NCBI GenBank assembly: GCA_051362555.1
Contig: JBPQGU010000013.1
Span: 1-64,000, forward strand
Direction: 5' to 3'
Source: Lingula anatina
Lineage: Eukaryota; Animalia; Brachiopoda
Length of the DNA: 64,000 nt
Shown piece by piece: positions 59,258-64,000 of this stretch. Numbering within the stretch: position 1 is the stretch's first letter; each line of letters opens with the position of its first letter. Position numbers and translations under genes: made by a program. A model generated the notes under the pieces. The model was not told the DNA's origin and made no database searches. It saw nothing but the letters and a program-made list of their open reading frames with translations.

Positions 59258-61180
59258 TTAATTACATGCTCTCTTTGAATAGCTATGATCAGGAATTACA
59301 AGTTTTGGCATAGATATGCATCTTCTGTAGTCATTATTACTTTTCAATGCTTTAGATCTGTCATATCTTCTGTAACGGCTAAGGATTCTCTGTCTAGCTC
59401 TTAACTTAAATGCAACTGTCTTTTTGTGATTTACTCTCATTTTCATCTGTTTTTCATCTTTCTCCAGATATTTAACAACTGAAGAAGTGGGCCTAACACC
59501 AACAGAGGCCATCTTACACAAAGTGGATTGCTTAAGTCCATTATTCCTCAAGTGAACTGCACTGTGAATCCTGCCTTCGAAGTTCCGTGAAAAGGTGACA
59601 ACTTTATTATTAGTTTTCTGAAATGTCCGGTTTAAAGACTCCACTTTTTGTGTGTTGGTATTAAGTTTTGTTGATTCAATTGCCCTTGGGCCCAGTCTAT
59701 AATTTAGGCACTGTCTTAAGATGTGCACATCTTCAGAGTTGCTAAAGTCTAGTTTGCCTTTCTCAGGGAAAATAGTTTCCGTGCCACCTTTGCATACATA
59801 AGAATACTTTAAGCAGTTTTCACAATCACCGTTGTAACAACTAATTATAGAGTCAGTGACATAACTCAGTGCTCTTTTAATCAATTCTATGTCCCCTTTA
59901 TTTGCTTTATAGCAGGCATCGAATTCAGCATAACAGCGCATTGCTATGCACTGAGCAAAGCGTTTCTGCATCTTGTCTCTGGAGTACTTTGTTTTCCCTG
60001 GGAAAACTTGACCGGAAAATGGTGCTTTTTCAATTTGCTTTTTCAGAGCTTTACTGAAGTGGCGCGTGTCCCGAAGACTTTCGACATCATCACATGCAGA
60101 GTGGGCTCGGCTATCACCATCAGTGGTCAAGGCACCAACTGTGACCTCTCCAGAAATTTCCTCGAGGATCTGCTGCATGGCACGTTTCTCGTCTCCAATA
60201 CTGTCGTCTTCCCGTAGATTCGCCGTGCAGATACCACTGTGCTCTGGACAGGATACATCTTCCCCTCTACTTTTAAGCAGGTGAGCTGTGTGGCATAACT
60301 TGTTTCCGGTGTAAACACCAATGATGTCTTTTTTGCTGGTTACATTTTCTGCAACGGTGTATACAGTCTGAGTGGCTGGCTGGTATGGTGTTTTGTTCCC
60401 TCCACTAAACAGACTATTATTATATCTGCCATCTCCTTCCACTGCTATGGGCTGTCCTTCACACCCTCTCAGATCTTGAATGCGGCGTAGATTCTCACGG
60501 CGCTGTTGCATGTCAGCTTTGTTAAGCTTGGTTATAGCAGCACCGACTTTATTTGCTTGCTTTTGCATGGATGATGCACTGGGCGGGGTCACATTGGTCG
60601 CCATTAGAATCTGCCTCATGGCCGTGTTGGAGATCATGTTTTGTGACAGGCCTACTTGCAAGCCTGCATTCACCGTTGCTGCTCTCCTGCCACGCTGCTT
60701 GCTCTCGACTTCATTGTACAATTTCTGTTTCCCTGTCCTGTACTGACACGTGTCACATTTTAGTCCCATTGACCAAGCCACTCCCCACTTGCTTTCTGCC
60801 TCTCTGTCCCAAACCATTGAGCCAGTGCACTCAGCTGTATGCTCTGACAAGACTTTGTTGACCAGATTGACAATTTTTTCTGGTGAAACCAACTTGTATT
60901 CATCATCTGGGGGTTGGGGCTGGCTGCTGGACAAACTCTCTGACTGGGCCCTCCTAGGTCTGAGGATGACGGGTGCATCAGGGTTGCTGCTGAGGGTTGC
61001 TGGCGGCCCGACAGGGGGTGGAGAGGAGGCTGCCTGGTACAACTCTTGGCTGGGTCTGATGTATCTTCTCACAATAGGCTCTGGAGGCTGGTCAGACTTC
61101 TGTCTTGCATGGTATAGCTTGTGTCCCTTCACAAATACACTTTTTCTTCGTTTTTTCCAGCTACCTTTACCGTACGGCAT
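59258..61180 (-). CDS. Kolobok-type DDE transposase, copy 3
   Basis: Identical translation to copy 1. Confidence 0.85.
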   Translation of the reverse strand: MPYGKGSWKKRRKSVFVKGHKLYHARQKSDQPPEPIVRRYIRPSQELYQAASSPPPVGPPATLSSNPDAPVILRPRRAQSESLSSSQPQPPDDEYKLVSPEKIVNLVNKVLSEHTAECTGSMVWDREAESKWGVAWSMGLKCDTCQYRTGKQKLYNEVESKQRGRRAATVNAGLQVGLSQNMISNTAMRQILMATNVTPPSASSMQKQANKVGAAITKLNKADMQQRRENLRRIQDLRGCEGQPIAVEGDGRYNNSLFSGGNKTPYQPATQTVYTVAENVTSKKDIIGVYTGNKLCHTAHLLKSRGEDVSCPEHSGICTANLREDDSIGDEKRAMQQILEEISGEVTVGALTTDGDSRAHSACDDVESLRDTRHFSKALKKQIEKAPFSGQVFPGKTKYSRDKMQKRFAQCIAMRCYAEFDACYKANKGDIELIKRALSYVTDSIISCYNGDCENCLKYSYVCKGGTETIFPEKGKLDFSNSEDVHILRQCLNYRLGPRAIESTKLNTNTQKVESLNRTFQKTNNKVVTFSRNFEGRIHSAVHLRNNGLKQSTLCKMASVGVRPTSSVVKYLEKDEKQMKMRVNHKKTVAFKLRARQRILSRYRRYDRSKALKSNNDYRRCISMPKLVIPDHSYSKRACN

Positions 61181-62440
61181 GGTGGATAGAAAGTGACTTC
61201 TGAGTCCAGAGGCAGAGACAGGGCATTTTATAGCATCAGCTGCCCATTGTCTCTCCCAGGTGTGCAGGAAAGCAGGATACATTACAACAAAAGGTATGAA
61301 CAGTGATTGGTAGTGGGGTTTCCTGTAAACAGCAAACTGCATGGCCCCAGTGCAGGAGGGGGGTATACAGCTTAGCAGTGAGTATTGTTCTGCAGGGAGG
61401 GACAAGAAGCTCATTTCCTGTATCCTCACAACAAACACAAACAAACATAAACAACAGTTGTGACAATTAACCTTGCACTTGAGTTTAAGTAATTTTTAGA
61501 TATTTTAAAATATTTTTATTAGTAATTTTCCACTTTTCACATTTTATTTCTCAACAAAGTGCACTTAAACTAGGCCCAACCAGTTAAGATGCTTATCTCA
61601 GATTTTCACACCTGTCCAGCATAAGGTGTCCAAATTTCAAAACAATTGAAACAAATTCAGGCACAGAAATGTACATTTAACTTTTTATCACTCATGAAAT
61701 TATGCTTTCTCACCAGGTGCAATGTTGGCTAGAGTGGCCGATACAGCAACCACATTTTCAACTTGACAGGGCTCAGTCATCAAGAGACCGTTCTCAGTCA
61801 TATTGGGCGGAGCAGTTGGCAGTGTATTAAGGTTTTAATTTTTGGTGTCAGAAGGTAAGAACAGGGGGGGTGGTTTGTGTGAAGGGCAGAAACCTCCAAA
61901 TCAACCAATCAGCACCTGTTATAGACGAATATAGTTCAGTGAGAAAAAATGAGTGCTTTTTTCCATTTTTTTCCTGGCATTTCTTGTGTGTTGCTAGGGT
62001 TAATTTTGGTATCAACTAGCAGAGTAGGGTGTTAACTACTGCCAGTTTTTTTTTCAGGACCAGGCACAGGTGCAGTGCAGTCGTGAGACCTCTGGCGGAA
62101 GGGTCTACTGACTGTGAGTGGTGCAGTGGTTTGTTTACAAACAGAGGGGTGCACATGTTCAAGTGATGCCGGTAAGACAGCGGAGTTGATGACAGTATAT
62201 TTTTTTGCCATTTGGAGTTATGTCAGTGTGTCTGCTGTCCATGGAGATGGGAAATGTTTCCCAGAGTTATTTTCTTTATGCAGTTTTGCAGGCATTTCTT
62301 AGTATGGTCGTCAATGGGAAATATTTTGGTGGTTTCTCCCCTGAACAGGAAAAGTGACAACTGTTCACTTTTGGCTTAGTTTCTAAATTTAGAGCAGCAC
62401 AGGCCATAAAAGGGTGCTCTTGCATCATTTCACACAAAAA

Positions 62441-62806
62441 ATGGCTAATGACCAGTTCTAGGATGTATATCTTGCGAAATTACATGCAAAATTGCATAAC
62501 ACACAGGAGGGATACTGTTGGCTGTGGACTGGGGGCACCAGTTGTTCCAGTGGGGCCCGTTATGGGTTATGGAGGGTTACATTTCCTGGGGCTAGACACT
62601 CTGTTACTGTTGGAGTGCACAGGGTGGCATTTATGCTTAGGAGAGGGTTTTACACATTCCACCCGTGTGGAGTCGGTCTGTGCTGTAACCCCGATCATCT
62701 CACAGCAGAGCCTCAATGAATCAACAATAACAGATTACATTGTCGTAATGTGGGCAGGTGCCTCAGACACAGACGGGGGCCAAATTGTGTACATGATAAT
62801 TATTAA
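62441..62806 (+). pseudogene. His-Me finger endonuclease with the same two stops, copy 3
   Basis: Same sequence at +7414. Confidence 0.85.
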
Positions 62807-62964
62807 TATTATTGTTATTATTATTAAATTTACATTTACTTAATTTATAGATTTCTCAATTATATTTATAAGTTTTAAGACTAGAAGAAAGACCAACAAA
62901 CTTTTTTTCATATTTCACAACCAGTTTATTACAGAGTAGTATCTTAAAATCATACATTTTTATT

Positions 62965-64000
62965 TTAATTACATGCTCTCTTTGAATAGCTATGATCAGG
63001 AATTACAAGTTTTGGCATAGATATGCATCTTCTGTAGTCATTATTACTTTTCAATGCTTTAGATCTGTCATATCTTCTGTAACGGCTAAGGATTCTCTGT
63101 CTAGCTCTTAACTTAAATGCAACTGTCTTTTTGTGATTTACTCTCATTTTCATCTGTTTTTCATCTTTCTCCAGATATTTAACAACTGAAGAAGTGGGCC
63201 TAACACCAACAGAGGCCATCTTACACAAAGTGGATTGCTTAAGTCCATTATTCCTCAAGTGAACTGCACTGTGAATCCTGCCTTCGAAGTTCCGTGAAAA
63301 GGTGACAACTTTATTATTAGTTTTCTGAAATGTCCGGTTTAAAGACTCCACTTTTTGTGTGTTGGTATTAAGTTTTGTTGATTCAATTGCCCTTGGGCCC
63401 AGTCTATAATTTAGGCACTGTCTTAAGATGTGCACATCTTCAGAGTTGCTAAAGTCTAGTTTGCCTTTCTCAGGGAAAATAGTTTCCGTGCCACCTTTGC
63501 ATACATAAGAATACTTTAAGCAGTTTTCACAATCACCGTTGTAACAACTAATTATAGAGTCAGTGACATAACTCAGTGCTCTTTTAATCAATTCTATGTC
63601 CCCTTTATTTGCTTTATAGCAGGCATCGAATTCAGCATAACAGCGCATTGCTATGCACTGAGCAAAGCGTTTCTGCATCTTGTCTCTGGAGTACTTTGTT
63701 TTCCCTGGGAAAACTTGACCGGAAAATGGTGCTTTTTCAATTTGCTTTTTCAGAGCTTTACTGAAGTGGCGCGTGTCCCGAAGACTTTCGACATCATCAC
63801 ATGCAGAGTGGGCTCGGCTATCACCATCAGTGGTCAAGGCACCAACTGTGACCTCTCCAGAAATTTCCTCGAGGATCTGCTGCATGGCACGTTTCTCGTC
63901 TCCAATACTGTCGTCTTCCCGTAGATTCGCCGTGCAGATACCACTGTGCTCTGGACAGGATACATCTTCCCCTCTACTTTTAAGCAGGTGAGCTGTGTGG
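62965..64000 (-). CDS. Kolobok-type DDE transposase, copy 4 (C-terminal part; runs off the window)
   Basis: Identical to the C-terminal half of the other copies. Confidence 0.8.
   Translation of the reverse strand, partial: HTAHLLKSRGEDVSCPEHSGICTANLREDDSIGDEKRAMQQILEEISGEVTVGALTTDGDSRAHSACDDVESLRDTRHFSKALKKQIEKAPFSGQVFPGKTKYSRDKMQKRFAQCIAMRCYAEFDACYKANKGDIELIKRALSYVTDSIISCYNGDCENCLKYSYVCKGGTETIFPEKGKLDFSNSEDVHILRQCLNYRLGPRAIESTKLNTNTQKVESLNRTFQKTNNKVVTFSRNFEGRIHSAVHLRNNGLKQSTLCKMASVGVRPTSSVVKYLEKDEKQMKMRVNHKKTVAFKLRARQRILSRYRRYDRSKALKSNNDYRRCISMPKLVIPDHSYSKRACN

Larger units (their letters stand above)
51696..64000. mobile_element. Tandem array (3,707-bp period, >3.3 units) of a KolobokP-like element: DDE transposase + His-Me finger nuclease
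   Basis: All ORFs recur at exactly +3707 with identical translations; convergent transposase (-) and nuclease (+) genes separated from the next unit by a ~1.26-kb non-coding spacer. Confidence 0.85.

Overview
Repeat-rich, AT-rich genomic DNA of a metazoan, probably a marine invertebrate (spliceosomal GT-AG introns, LINEs, MITEs; no prokaryotic features). 1-26 kb contains: a 5'-truncated APE-RT LINE; an internally deleted MULE/Rehavkus-like transposon (CG-1-like, SWIM, Ulp1 and PHD domains); an intronless DxD glycosyltransferase-like gene; and a minus-strand hnRNP C/RALY-type RRM gene (8 coding exons) that also carries two BCL11-like zinc fingers and has a CR1/L2-group LINE with a 2A-like motif in an intron. 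26-51.7 kb is a head-to-tail array of a ~9.01-kb intron-containing DDE transposon with Dada-type motifs. Its junctions mimic the U6 snRNA target (CAGAGAAG inverted repeats symmetric around one TTGCGC/GCGCAA core), yet no U6 gene is present. 51.7-64 kb is an apparently identical 3,707-bp tandem array of a KolobokP-like element: an intact DDE transposase convergent with a His-Me finger (I-PpoI-like) nuclease gene that has two in-frame stops in every copy and is missed by the ORF track. The join between the two arrays may be an assembly artefact. Family names come from manual motif recognition, not database searches.
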